Shown here: one piece after another, positions 29,801-38,235 of the stretch | Layout of the letters: each line of letters opens with the position of its first letter | Position numbering within the stretch: position 1 is the first letter of the stretch | Origin: a virus | Strand: one strand, 5' to 3' | Length of the DNA stretch: 64,000 nt | IMG/VR virus record: IMGVR_UViG_3300046004_000818 | Span: 18,972-82,971 of that record | The notes under the pieces: model-generated | The model's input: the letters and a program-made list of their open reading frames with translations, nothing else | Told to the model about the DNA's origin: nothing | The model's database searches: none | Position numbers and translations under genes: made by a program

Positions 29801-30069
29801 CTATTGCCCCGTTTGGCCTTGTAGGTGGACGATATGGCAAGCCTTGGAGCCTTTGACTCCATACCCTCAAAGACCATGATCATATCCTTGGGCTGCAAGT
29901 TGCAGTTGCGGAGAGTGGCTACCACATGGTTAACAGCATTCTCATAACCATAAGCTGCTGTATTAACCTGTATCAACCGTCCGTTGTGTGGAATCTTACT
30001 GCCTTCTACGTCTATACCCACCGATAGGCAGGTCCAGATCACTGATGACATATCAAATGCGATTCTCAT
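26866..30069 (-). CDS. polA: family A DNA polymerase with fused 5'-3' and 3'-5' exonuclease domains
   Basis: EGDD and LVGDTSDSITGI (5'-3' exo); DIET and HNFSFE (3'-5' exo); motif A DFAAQELR, motif B RxxxKxxNFxxxYG, motif C VHDE. Confidence 0.96.
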   Translation of the reverse strand: MRIAFDMSSVIWTCLSVGIDVEGSKIPHNGRLIQVNTAAYGYENAVNHVVATLRNCNLQPKDMIMVFEGMESKAPRLAISSTYKAKRGNRAVDAYIEFQALRDRLQQVFGSLGACSVTQDSVEGDDILGYLAVNSEEDLFISTNDGDMTVLNGTNAYGAEITVLINGVKGENKYGDFPTRFVTVYKALVGDTSDSITGIKQFGVDKAWPDFYKEFGVDGMAELDRMARIGSLDDLIPELDNKMVDKIYKGREDFLLSYKLARIYPEWVNTLQNPLQFTPGLIRGEVKDERLAHWNYTAKLITASNWEAFKQKARPLIGVSEYVGLDIETSTPDESDEWLQAQGKEEGAGVDVIGSELTGMSLTYGRNLQHTAYISVDHTATDNVSSEDLKAFIKELADAGTQFIIHNFSFEGTVLYNGWSKGWEDNGSEGLLPNVLDTILEASYVDENESRGLKKLSKRWFNYDQVDYKTVTTIDGVQYKMRELTGAHVKDYGCDDTICTVSFHNFAKLHMQLEHHWKVYLDVEIDAMYGHVQSFIHGTKCDVAKSKELEAIDDQTYNNAEAIFNDYLVSKGWAGTVKPVYTAEVTPAQLKEAFEIVYKKPLETAVRKLDRLAEAMREQGGPVLAELVSSGNWEALTNYVGSFWSAKPIFNTGSPKQMQGLMYETMGLPIRVYNKPTPLARKAGATQGSPKTDALAFAYAEAQDATPEQKPVLNALKLMKMVETRRGLYYKTYPYFVHWKTGRIHSSHNQCATNTRRASSNAPNMQQMPKHPKIEGQAARFREVIIPHKKNAVVISMDFAAQELRVIADYSRDQNMLDCFVGDNLKDMHCLTGLGIAMREEPAIEWTYELFAQLLADHTSPMYKSVKGYRTLGKKVNFTVEYGAMAPKLAATMLISEDAAQAYIDAKEAAFPEVAEWKEEVIAEAKRIGYVRTKLGAVRHLQPALTSRDRYENSKAERQAVNTKIQGSCAEMTKLAEGRMFKARLEQLFDCEIIGPVHDEVVASCTIDDLYKFIPAMHQCMVEQYADMTVPVESSISFGPSFGVQIEIGSFPTKEAIDGGLKELTKE

Positions 30070-30085
30070 TTTCTTCCTTAGATGT

Positions 30086-30109
30086 TAAAGAAGCCCTCCG
30101 AAGAGGGCT
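30086..30109 (-). terminator. UUCG-loop hairpin terminator
   Basis: minus strand AGCCCTC-TTCG-GAGGGCT then TCTTT; same core as 43822-43849. Confidence 0.65.
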
Positions 30110-30113
30110 GTAC

Positions 30114-30595
30114 TTAGTATTTCGGAGCCTGCTTGTCTGGGCCGGGGGTACTGGAGTTGTCCAACTCCATTGGAGCGATGGTAGGTACTGTCTCTAGACG
30201 TTGCTCATCAAACCAGTTGGCATCCCGCAGCTTCCCCTCCTTATCCACTGTTGGATTTAGCAATACCTGATGGCAACCTGTTAGGTACTCCACTCGACCT
30301 GTGGCCATGCCCTCAAAGCCTGTAACCTTATCTTTGTATGTCCAGCCTAATGTGATCATAATAACTCCTATTATTCAAACGGGTTGACTTGCTGCTCTTG
30401 CCCGAAGTAGACAGCTTGCCCAATCACAATGATAACTAGGCATATACCTGCTACTACGTCTGCCCACAAAGGCAGACGGAAGACCTGACTATACAGCACA
30501 TATAACAAGGTCATATTCAGACCTGACAAACGTGTGGGTAGTGCCTTGTGTGACACTACCTGACGCTTCTTCTCAACTGGTTTGTTGATTTGCAT
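30114..30595 (-). CDS. two small hypothetical proteins (30114-30359; 30371-30595, membrane)
   Basis: GGAG RBS for the first; two TM segments in the second. Confidence 0.6.
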
Positions 30596-31121
30596 TTTTA
30601 GTATCCTCTATGGTAAAGTGCCTAGGAACTGGATGATCCTTATACAGTACTCGCATATGCTGCATCTGCGCTTGCACATCCTTATAGGCACTACGGATAG
30701 AGTAGCTAGGTGGACGATCATCCACTAGTACTCCCATTTCTGTGGCCTCTAGGAGAATACTGCAACACGCCATAATGTTACCAAGGTGGTGTGTTCCATC
30801 CACAGGATCGTGACTCTCGCCACTGACGTAGGCATCTATATGCCGACCCATAGCAGAGACATAGATGGAAGCCCTTGCACCAGCATCACGCCAATTCCAA
30901 GCACCATACTTTACTTGCCCACAGAACTGTGCAGAAGCCCAATGAGCCTTGGCAATGGGTGATAACAACCACAAAGGTACTTTGTCACCAGCTATAGCGT
31001 CCTTGGGGTTAGTTGGTTTGATAGTAGCACCAATAGGTGCTGTACCAGCAGCTTGAGCCAAGCCCATAGCTGCCCTACCTGTATCAGAGGTTCTGTCTGC
31101 CATAGTTTGACATTTACTCAT
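30573..31121 (-). CDS. DUF5664-like dATP/dGTP diphosphohydrolase domain protein
   Basis: TNPKDAI..K.PL.LL, G..KYG.WNWR, A..RH, D..HHLG and DDRP motifs. Confidence 0.8.
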   Translation of the reverse strand: MSKCQTMADRTSDTGRAAMGLAQAAGTAPIGATIKPTNPKDAIAGDKVPLWLLSPIAKAHWASAQFCGQVKYGAWNWRDAGARASIYVSAMGRHIDAYVSGESHDPVDGTHHLGNIMACCSILLEATEMGVLVDDRPPSYSIRSAYKDVQAQMQHMRVLYKDHPVPRHFTIEDTKNANQQTS

Positions 31122-31555
31122 ACACCTGTACTCCCAAAGCCGCTAGTACCTCTGGCAGTATTGCCCAACTCATCTGATTCTTCCAACTCATACTGTGGAA
31201 GCTGCACTATCATGGCCTGAGCCACCCGCTCACCATTGCCGATGAAGAACGGAAGATCACCTTCGTTAATGAGCTTGACCATAACCTCACCACGGTAGTC
31301 AGAGTCAATGACTCCTGTGCAGTTAGCAAGACGTACACCTGACTTGAATCCATGCCCACTACGGCTATACACCATCATGACATGGCCTTCTGGTACCTCA
31401 AAGGCTAAGCCTGTAGCCACTATCTTAGCTTCTCGCGGTGCGATGCAGATCGGCGCACCTCTCACAAGGCTTACCAGATCAAAGCAAGCTGCACCGTCTG
31501 AGGCAAACCGTGGCGCAGAAGCACCCTCTTCTAGCTTCTTATACTTGAGTCTCAT
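31118..31555 (-). CDS. dut: trimeric dUTPase
   Basis: ACFDL, RSG, GVIDSDYRGE, RVAQ and RGxxGFGSTG motifs. Confidence 0.97.
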   Translation of the reverse strand: MRLKYKKLEEGASAPRFASDGAACFDLVSLVRGAPICIAPREAKIVATGLAFEVPEGHVMMVYSRSGHGFKSGVRLANCTGVIDSDYRGEVMVKLINEGDLPFFIGNGERVAQAMIVQLPQYELEESDELGNTARGTSGFGSTGV

Positions 31556-32208
31556 ACTAACCTCATCTTTTCTAGTGAATATTTAATATCTTTATGCCAG
31601 TCTGGTTGTTCCATCATCCAGCGTCTATAGCCGACAGGTATATCAGCAAATAACTTTCCTTTGTGCATACCGAAAGGCATACGCTGAATCATCTTTGGTT
31701 TGCTTTCAAGCTCTACCAAGGCTGGTAAGGTTCGACCAGATAGCTTCAAGATCAGTTGTAGCAACTCATAGGTAGTGCGACAGTCACCCATCGCGCTATG
31801 TGATTGCTGCTTAGATAGCTTTAACTCCTGCTGGAGTGTGGCTAACTTGTGATTGGTTGTACCCTTGATCCAAGCCCTTGAAAGAGCTAAGGTACATACG
31901 TCAGCATTGAAAACTACGTGTTCACCTGTAACCCGCATATCATAGGAACAGTTGTGACCAATCCATACAAATGGTTGGGGGACCAACGCACATATCTCAG
32001 CATTGCTAGGTAGACCTGCAACAGCTTCGTTGGTAATACCGTGAATGTCAACAGCGCCTTGTTCCATAGGCATCTGAGGGTCTGTGCGATGGACTTGCTC
32101 ATCCAAGATGTTCATGTTCTCATCTACCTGTATCCATGCAATCTCACAGGCTTTGATAGGTGAACGGAGTCCCGATGTTTCGGTATCAAGAATTATATAG
32201 TTTGTCAT
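31552..32208 (-). CDS. DEDDh 3'-5' exonuclease (exonuclease X-like)
   Basis: LDTETSG, GHNxxYD, HSAMGD and C-terminal MPFGMHKG..Y..W. Confidence 0.9.
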   Translation of the reverse strand: MTNYIILDTETSGLRSPIKACEIAWIQVDENMNILDEQVHRTDPQMPMEQGAVDIHGITNEAVAGLPSNAEICALVPQPFVWIGHNCSYDMRVTGEHVVFNADVCTLALSRAWIKGTTNHKLATLQQELKLSKQQSHSAMGDCRTTYELLQLILKLSGRTLPALVELESKPKMIQRMPFGMHKGKLFADIPVGYRRWMMEQPDWHKDIKYSLEKMRLV

Positions 32209-32702
32209 GTTCTAGCAAATGTTCCGTAGTTTAGTTTAGCAGCTTCATCATAGGCAGTTTTAGCTGCCTCAATGGAGTCATAAGTGCCTAGGCTCTTGGA
32301 CTTGGAGTTTAAGGTTATCTTTGCCTCCCATCTACCCAAAGCTTTCGCTGGATATACGCCCTTGACGCCTGACTTACTATGCTTCCAACCCACACCATTG
32401 CGGTTATTTTCGGCTCTGCTGGCTTCTCTCAGATTCAGCCAAGCATTATCACTACGGTTACCGTTTGCATGGTCTAAAGTTTCTCTAGGCCACTCTCCAG
32501 TAACTAAACACCAGATAAGTCTATGAACTAAATAACTCTTGCCATCAACAGATACTGAATAGTACCCTGCATTGTGTGTGCTATGTGCAAGTTTCCCACC
32601 TACAGCATTATACTGTTTAGTATAGTTACGTCTAAGGCCTCCTTCAACTATACTATAGTTGAAGAGTTCCAAAAGCCTAACCTGTGTAGGTGGGTTGCTC
32701 AT
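32205..32702 (-). mobile_element. free-standing HNH homing endonuclease with AP2 domain
   Basis: VHRLIW, DHANGNRSDNAWLNLR, SGVKGV...LGTYDSIEAA..YD. Confidence 0.9.
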
Positions 32703-32713
32703 AACAGCATCAC

Positions 32714-33373
32714 TTAGTCAGCTTTGGGTAGATCATCCGAGAAATCATCCTCGGCCCTAGATGTACCGCCCAAGCTCTGACCACGATCCCAGAACAGGAC
32801 ATTGCCCAGACCAAAGCTAACACCACGCTTACCAGAGAAGTCGTAGCCATAGGCATTCAGGCTCACCTTGAAGTAGTCACCTGAACCGCACTCGGCTGGA
32901 TCAATGATTTCGTTGCTATCGCGGTCCAAGATTTTCGGCTTGAACTTTGAGGCAACAGCCATAACCCAATGGCCTTTGCACTCTTCCCCAAACTCTTCCC
33001 CATTGCTAGGGCGGGGCAGATCACCATCATGCAGAGTGGTGTCGATCTTGGCGGGACGCTTGCCGGGGAACTTGAGATTGATAGCAGTCTCACGGGCTGC
33101 TTCGATCTTAGCGAGGGTAGCTTTGTCATCCTTGGGAATCAGGATGGTCATGCCGAACTTAGGAGTATCGCCTTCCTTAGCGTTCTTCGGCAGTTCAGCC
33201 TTGAACAACTTGCAGTAAGAACCGCGAATAACACCTGTTACGACTTTAGTGGAGGGAGTATTAGTAGCCATTTTATTTCCTTGAATTGCCTTAGTTACCT
33301 GAGAAGCGGGTTGAGTTTTAGAATATGTGGCGTCTTCCACATCTTCAAATTTAGGTGCATTTAATAGACCCAT
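32714..33373 (-). CDS. single-stranded DNA-binding protein (DUF2815/gp2.5-like)
   Basis: RGSY..LF, KF...ILIPK, LHDGD, GVSFGLGNV and acidic C-tail; second in-frame start at 33271. Confidence 0.85.
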   Translation of the reverse strand: MGLLNAPKFEDVEDATYSKTQPASQVTKAIQGNKMATNTPSTKVVTGVIRGSYCKLFKAELPKNAKEGDTPKFGMTILIPKDDKATLAKIEAARETAINLKFPGKRPAKIDTTLHDGDLPRPSNGEEFGEECKGHWVMAVASKFKPKILDRDSNEIIDPAECGSGDYFKVSLNAYGYDFSGKRGVSFGLGNVLFWDRGQSLGGTSRAEDDFSDDLPKAD

Positions 33374-33479
33374 AGTAGTTCCTTTATTACCTAGATTACC
33401 TTATGTCGTTCTATTCCGACTGTCAACTTAGCAGAGTGCTAAGATTTTATTGTAGCAGACTTTTGCAAATCTGACACAA

Positions 33480-33779
33480 TTATTTCTTGAATGCAGCGAT
33501 GCGCTCACCTAGCACTTCGGTATATTTGTCCATGTAGCCTTTCTGCAACAGAAGCCGTGCCTGTTCATCTACACTTAATGCAGCAAACACAGGGCTAACC
33601 ATTATGAACTCTGCCAAGGCGTCAATCTTTTTATCCAACTCTTCCTTCTCTATTACAACACGCACTTGATGTGGCTGTAGTGTCGAAGGCTTAGGGCATG
33701 GCCCACTGTAGCCGTGAAATTTAAACATAGACTCAAGCTCAGGCATTGGCTCTCCACATATCTCACAATTATGTACCAT
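33480..33779 (-). CDS. crAss001_48-like protein with N-terminal Cys/His motif
   Basis: PHQVRVVIEKEELDKKI.AL..FI...LLLQ..M..Y..VL.ERI pattern; CEIC...H...C N-terminus. Confidence 0.65.
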   Translation of the reverse strand: MVHNCEICGEPMPELESMFKFHGYSGPCPKPSTLQPHQVRVVIEKEELDKKIDALAEFIMVSPVFAALSVDEQARLLLQKGYMDKYTEVLGERIAAFKK

Positions 33780-33792
33780 AGTCTCTCCTTAG

Positions 33793-36654
33793 TTACTTTA
33801 GTTGAAACGCATAAACACCATTCCGTTGCATAGCGTCGTAATCTAACAACAACGACTCCTGTCTCACCTGTGTTGTCCCCTGCTCACCCATTATGTATAG
33901 AGGACTATCCTTCATAGCCTGAACGAAACTAGCATCACCCATAAACAAGGGCAACACATTGATGTTACGGCAATGCAGCCTGTACTTGTTGTACGCAAGC
34001 CTACCAATGATGTTCAGCACAGCTTTACCGCCCATGTCCTTAACCTCAAAGTCAACATGGTTGTTGAGCCTACATGGGTGATCTGCTGCGAACCGTGACA
34101 TATCAGACAACATTTCAAAGACCTTGATAAACTCTGGTACAGAATTCTTAACGATCTTATCCATTTCGGTATAGATATGTGGTATCAGTCCCAAGACCTT
34201 CTCTGCCAAACTATCTTCAGCCTTGGGTAGAAATAGAGCTACCACTTCAGCAAACTTAATTAGACCAAACTCAGTCACAGCATAGTTGAATATAGAACGC
34301 TCATTCATGTTCTGTTTAATGAACAAGGTGTTAGCGTCACAAGTTTCTAAGCTATCCTCTGGTTGGATACTAAGCGCCTTAGTTACCCTGTCCAGTATAG
34401 GTTGGAACTCAGCATTGAAACTCTCAATGGTTGTCTGGCTCACAATGCTAGCTGCTAAGTGCTGACCAATGATAGCAAGGCACTTTACATTGGCTTGAAA
34501 CTTATCCCATGATGGTTTCGTCCGTCCTGCCAGTCGCCCATTCTGGCGTTTAAGGGTCACCAAAACAGTTCGGTGCAGAATGGCACCCTCTGTCTCCATC
34601 GCTTCGGCTAGGAAGGCTGTAGGCCCGGTCAGATCGACTTGGCTCAAGCCCTTGAAAGACGGTGTGGCGCGGTTGCCGCCGCCGCGAGAAACTGCATGAC
34701 CGTTATAGCTTGAACGGAAGTAGCTACGCATATCTTCTAACTTTTGCTGGCTCATTGTATGAGGCTTGTACTCATCAATGATAACAGGAATAGAAGCACT
34801 ACCTGACATGATAGAGGTAATAGCAAAGTTACTGGAACTAGCAGTTGTTACTACAGGTTTTTGGTTCAGATAGAACATATGCAACATGGACTCTAGCATA
34901 CGACTCTTACCTGTACCTGCTGGCCCTGCCACATGAAGCAGTGGAAACTGGTTATGTTCCAGTCGGAACAGTTGGGTGTAGAAAGAAGCGGTAATCCACC
35001 CAATTATCTTAGCCAGTGATGGCGCTTCTTGACAACCCAACAAGCCTTCAAGCATAGACTGCATACGTTCTACGTTACCGGGGTCCAATGCTACAAACTT
35101 AGGCCATGACGGTGCATTAGCTAAGTCGGTCTTGAGTAGTGGCGCTGGTCCTGGGTCTGGAGCCAACTCTACCCGTAGCCCTAGATCATACAGATGCTTG
35201 GGAATACGGACTTCATTAGCATCTGCCCAAACTAAAAAAGGCTTACGAGCTTCCACTATATTAGACTGCGGCATACATAGTACATCAAGACCCTCTGAGG
35301 TTGTGGCATAGCTAGTAGCTGTACCTAGTTTAATCTCTTTAAGCATATGTGTGTAGATATAACGTGAGTGTATATCGCTCCCTGTGAATGAAACACCTCG
35401 GTCATTGATCGCCTTATGTAGTGCGCTATTGCTAGCGAATGAGTCACGTTCCAGCTTGATAGCAGATGACCGATTGCCTGTAACAATAGTGGCTTTGATA
35501 ACTGCAATAGCCTCTGTCTCAGGGTCCAACAACGCTGACACGTTCTTGAAACACGCATCCATTATGTGACGGTCACCCTGCTCAGTAGCAGCATAGTAGT
35601 TATTGTTCTTGATAAAAATACCACTGGTATCTTCTGTAGTGAACTCTTCTTGGTCATCATCTTCGCTGAACTCATTGCGAGTCTCAAGCATAGACTGGAT
35701 AGGTCCAATAGCATAGTCGTACCCTACACCATCCTCAAGATAGTTGTACATCCTGCGTAGCTCATGCTCACGCTTGCCAGCAGAGTTGTACCTATAGCCA
35801 TCTCCTGTGTGGTTCTCAATAAGACCTTGACATTGTGCTATTAGTTCGTCTTCTGATAACTTCGCTTCTAGCGCATAGATACCAAGCTGAATGGCTATCT
35901 TGTTGAAACCTATACCTTCTTTGACATTCTCCCCCTTCATCAATTGCTTGATGATTGGTAGATGCCTACGCAAGGTAGCAGCATCTACAGGCTTAGTTCT
36001 GATCTTCTTCAAGGCCCGTAGCTTCTGTTCAATACCTGCATAGAGGATAGCGAACTGAGGCCTGAAGGTCGGAGTAGCCGTTATCAACGGTCGTGGAGTC
36101 TTGCACAACTCTGCGTAGCTCTCAGGTGTCAGTGCAGCTAGCTCTGCTGGTGTGATCTGAACCTTATAGTTGGAATTGTCTCTGACATTGTAATGTGTGC
36201 GAAACATGCGCCCCTTACGAGCACTGTATACGGCAAAGTCCAAGGTGGGTACTGCTAATTTAAATGCCAGTTCCTTGTAGATAGCTGGTAACTTATTAAC
36301 TGCTGCTACCTTCTCCATGAATACTACTGGTGGCACCAGTATATGCAAGCCCTTCTTGCCAGACAGGAAGATTTCCATATCTGAGTCTTGCAGATCATAC
36401 TTCTTCAACTTAACTACAAGTGACTTCGCGCCTTCTATAGACTCTTCTAGCTCTGTGGAGTCTAGGTCGAAGTATAACGGCCCCAAATACTTGGCCCCCT
36501 CTACCATTGGCTTTGGTGAGTCCTTAGCCAACAAGGTGTCGCAAGCTAGTACAGTTATGAACGTAGGCTTTAACTTGTCAAAGTCAATAGTATCGTGGCA
36601 TGTTACCCAATCTTCTGTGCCACCAACTAGCTGGTAGCTTCTATAGAGAGTCAT
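33793..36654 (-). CDS. AEP primase(-polymerase) fused to helicase
   Basis: YFDLD and SGKKGLH (AEP motifs I and II); Walker A GPAGTGKS and Walker B IIDE. Confidence 0.88.
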   Translation of the reverse strand: MTLYRSYQLVGGTEDWVTCHDTIDFDKLKPTFITVLACDTLLAKDSPKPMVEGAKYLGPLYFDLDSTELEESIEGAKSLVVKLKKYDLQDSDMEIFLSGKKGLHILVPPVVFMEKVAAVNKLPAIYKELAFKLAVPTLDFAVYSARKGRMFRTHYNVRDNSNYKVQITPAELAALTPESYAELCKTPRPLITATPTFRPQFAILYAGIEQKLRALKKIRTKPVDAATLRRHLPIIKQLMKGENVKEGIGFNKIAIQLGIYALEAKLSEDELIAQCQGLIENHTGDGYRYNSAGKREHELRRMYNYLEDGVGYDYAIGPIQSMLETRNEFSEDDDQEEFTTEDTSGIFIKNNNYYAATEQGDRHIMDACFKNVSALLDPETEAIAVIKATIVTGNRSSAIKLERDSFASNSALHKAINDRGVSFTGSDIHSRYIYTHMLKEIKLGTATSYATTSEGLDVLCMPQSNIVEARKPFLVWADANEVRIPKHLYDLGLRVELAPDPGPAPLLKTDLANAPSWPKFVALDPGNVERMQSMLEGLLGCQEAPSLAKIIGWITASFYTQLFRLEHNQFPLLHVAGPAGTGKSRMLESMLHMFYLNQKPVVTTASSSNFAITSIMSGSASIPVIIDEYKPHTMSQQKLEDMRSYFRSSYNGHAVSRGGGNRATPSFKGLSQVDLTGPTAFLAEAMETEGAILHRTVLVTLKRQNGRLAGRTKPSWDKFQANVKCLAIIGQHLAASIVSQTTIESFNAEFQPILDRVTKALSIQPEDSLETCDANTLFIKQNMNERSIFNYAVTEFGLIKFAEVVALFLPKAEDSLAEKVLGLIPHIYTEMDKIVKNSVPEFIKVFEMLSDMSRFAADHPCRLNNHVDFEVKDMGGKAVLNIIGRLAYNKYRLHCRNINVLPLFMGDASFVQAMKDSPLYIMGEQGTTQVRQESLLLDYDAMQRNGVYAFQLK

Positions 36655-36670
36655 CTGCTTCTTTCTTATT

Positions 36671-36830
36671 AGCGTAGCTTACTGTTAGAAGAACCCCATT
36701 TTCGGTGAAAGTTACCGGACAACCCAAGAACCTGACGGTTTGAGATTACGGCTCGAAAATGGGGTTCATCTAACAGCAAGCAAACGCTTGCGGGGTTGTC
36801 GGAATGCGCCTTTCACAGCGGGTGTAATCT
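36671..36830 (-). ncRNA. candidate structured leader RNA upstream of primase (C4/CI-like architecture)
   Basis: 28-bp inverted repeat with 2 mismatches (36677-36704 / 36754-36781) and three 7-8 nt loop segments complementary to boxes at 36793-36830. Confidence 0.55.
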
Positions 36831-36834
36831 TACA

Positions 36835-38235
36835 TCAGTTTCGACCATAAAAAACGTCCCGCAAAGATGTTTTTGTCTGCTCCACGGTGTCGGTCAGGTC
36901 GATGTTAGCTGCTAGGCGCTTGATGATACTGTCTTGGATAGTGCCTTGAGCATCTGCAAACCTCATGGTAGGAGGTACTGTCTGGCCTACCCTATCTATT
37001 CGTCCACAGCTTTGACTCATATACAAAGGAGATGTAGGTATCTCCAAGTGTAAAGATTCTGAGCAAACAAACTGAGGGTTTAGACCTGCGCCAGCACTCT
37101 GGTACTGAAACACGCCTATACGCACACTTGGATCGTTCATGAACTTGTCTACGTTCTTGGCACTATCTACTTCACTGTATGCTCCTACAGCACTATAGCC
37201 TAACTCCTTCAGATACTTTAGTACCGAACGGCTGGTCATAACGTATATAGTCCAAATGATTAGTTTACTCTTGGTAGGGTCCAAGCATTCTGTCTGCTCA
37301 ATGGTCATGTCAATCAAGTCGTAGCAGGCACTGCGTTTTGTAGGGTCGCCAGCGAAGTGGCCCCAGTTGCATATGATCTGCTGAGCCGCATGGTAGAGCC
37401 GAGTAGCAGTGGTTGCGTCTATCTTACTACCATCATCCAGCAATAACAACTGTTCTTCCAACAACTTCTCATACAGCTTCATGTGCTCTGGGTCAAGCTC
37501 ATAACTGGTGTCTGGGTATATAGGTGCCAACGAGTAACCATGCACCTCCTTTTTCGTCCTATGCACAGACTTGATTGCAAAGTTCTCAGCAAGCATTGGG
37601 AGGTTCTGGTAAGCCTTGATAGAGCCAAAGAAGTCTCGCTCAGCTACGTGCATTTGCTCAAAGTGAGCATAGCTTCTGTATATTTCAGGACTACGCAACT
37701 TGATGAATGTATAGCAGTCTGTGGGCTTACTGGTAGGTGTACCTGTTAGCATCTGCAGTCGGCGGTTCTTGCTGAACGTACCTACACATGTATATAGTTT
37801 TGACTTAACGTTCTTAATTGACTGTGCTTCGTCTACTATAAGTTCCACATGAAGACCTTGAAGCTCTGCAAATACACGCTCGAAATCTCTGCGGAAGATA
37901 TCAGATGACATTAGTACCCAACGCTTATCAGCAAGAGTCATCTTCTTGCGAATAGGTGGGGTACCTTTGTACATCAGCACACGCTCACTGACACGCTCTA
38001 ACCACCGTTTCCACCCTAGCAAGAGAATGGGAGGCATGATTACAACAGTGACCTGTGGCTCACTGATTAAAGATACGGCTGTGGATATGACAGTTTTGCC
38101 ACACCCAACCTCATAGCGATTCAAACTCTTGTTCCATTGCAGGAAGGTCTCTACGTCTTGTACCTGCAAATCCTTAAGCGCGAATCCAGCCTTCTCTTCA
38201 AATCTGTAGGCTTCGTTAAAAGCTTTGTATGTCAT
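36835..38235 (-). CDS. SNF2-family (SF2) helicase
   Basis: EVGCGKT, IVDEAQ, LTGTP, GAGLN and QxxGRIDRVGQ motifs. Confidence 0.92.
   Translation of the reverse strand: MTYKAFNEAYRFEEKAGFALKDLQVQDVETFLQWNKSLNRYEVGCGKTVISTAVSLISEPQVTVVIMPPILLLGWKRWLERVSERVLMYKGTPPIRKKMTLADKRWVLMSSDIFRRDFERVFAELQGLHVELIVDEAQSIKNVKSKLYTCVGTFSKNRRLQMLTGTPTSKPTDCYTFIKLRSPEIYRSYAHFEQMHVAERDFFGSIKAYQNLPMLAENFAIKSVHRTKKEVHGYSLAPIYPDTSYELDPEHMKLYEKLLEEQLLLLDDGSKIDATTATRLYHAAQQIICNWGHFAGDPTKRSACYDLIDMTIEQTECLDPTKSKLIIWTIYVMTSRSVLKYLKELGYSAVGAYSEVDSAKNVDKFMNDPSVRIGVFQYQSAGAGLNPQFVCSESLHLEIPTSPLYMSQSCGRIDRVGQTVPPTMRFADAQGTIQDSIIKRLAANIDLTDTVEQTKTSLRDVFYGRN

Noticed and set aside
30573-31121. Complete 2-aminoadenine (Z-genome) pathway
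   Set aside because: No PurZ or DatZ-like gene in the window; the single domain is insufficient.
26866-38235. Intein or intron in polymerase, primase or helicase
   Set aside because: Lengths are explained by domain content; no C/S...HN splice motifs or interrupted frames were seen.
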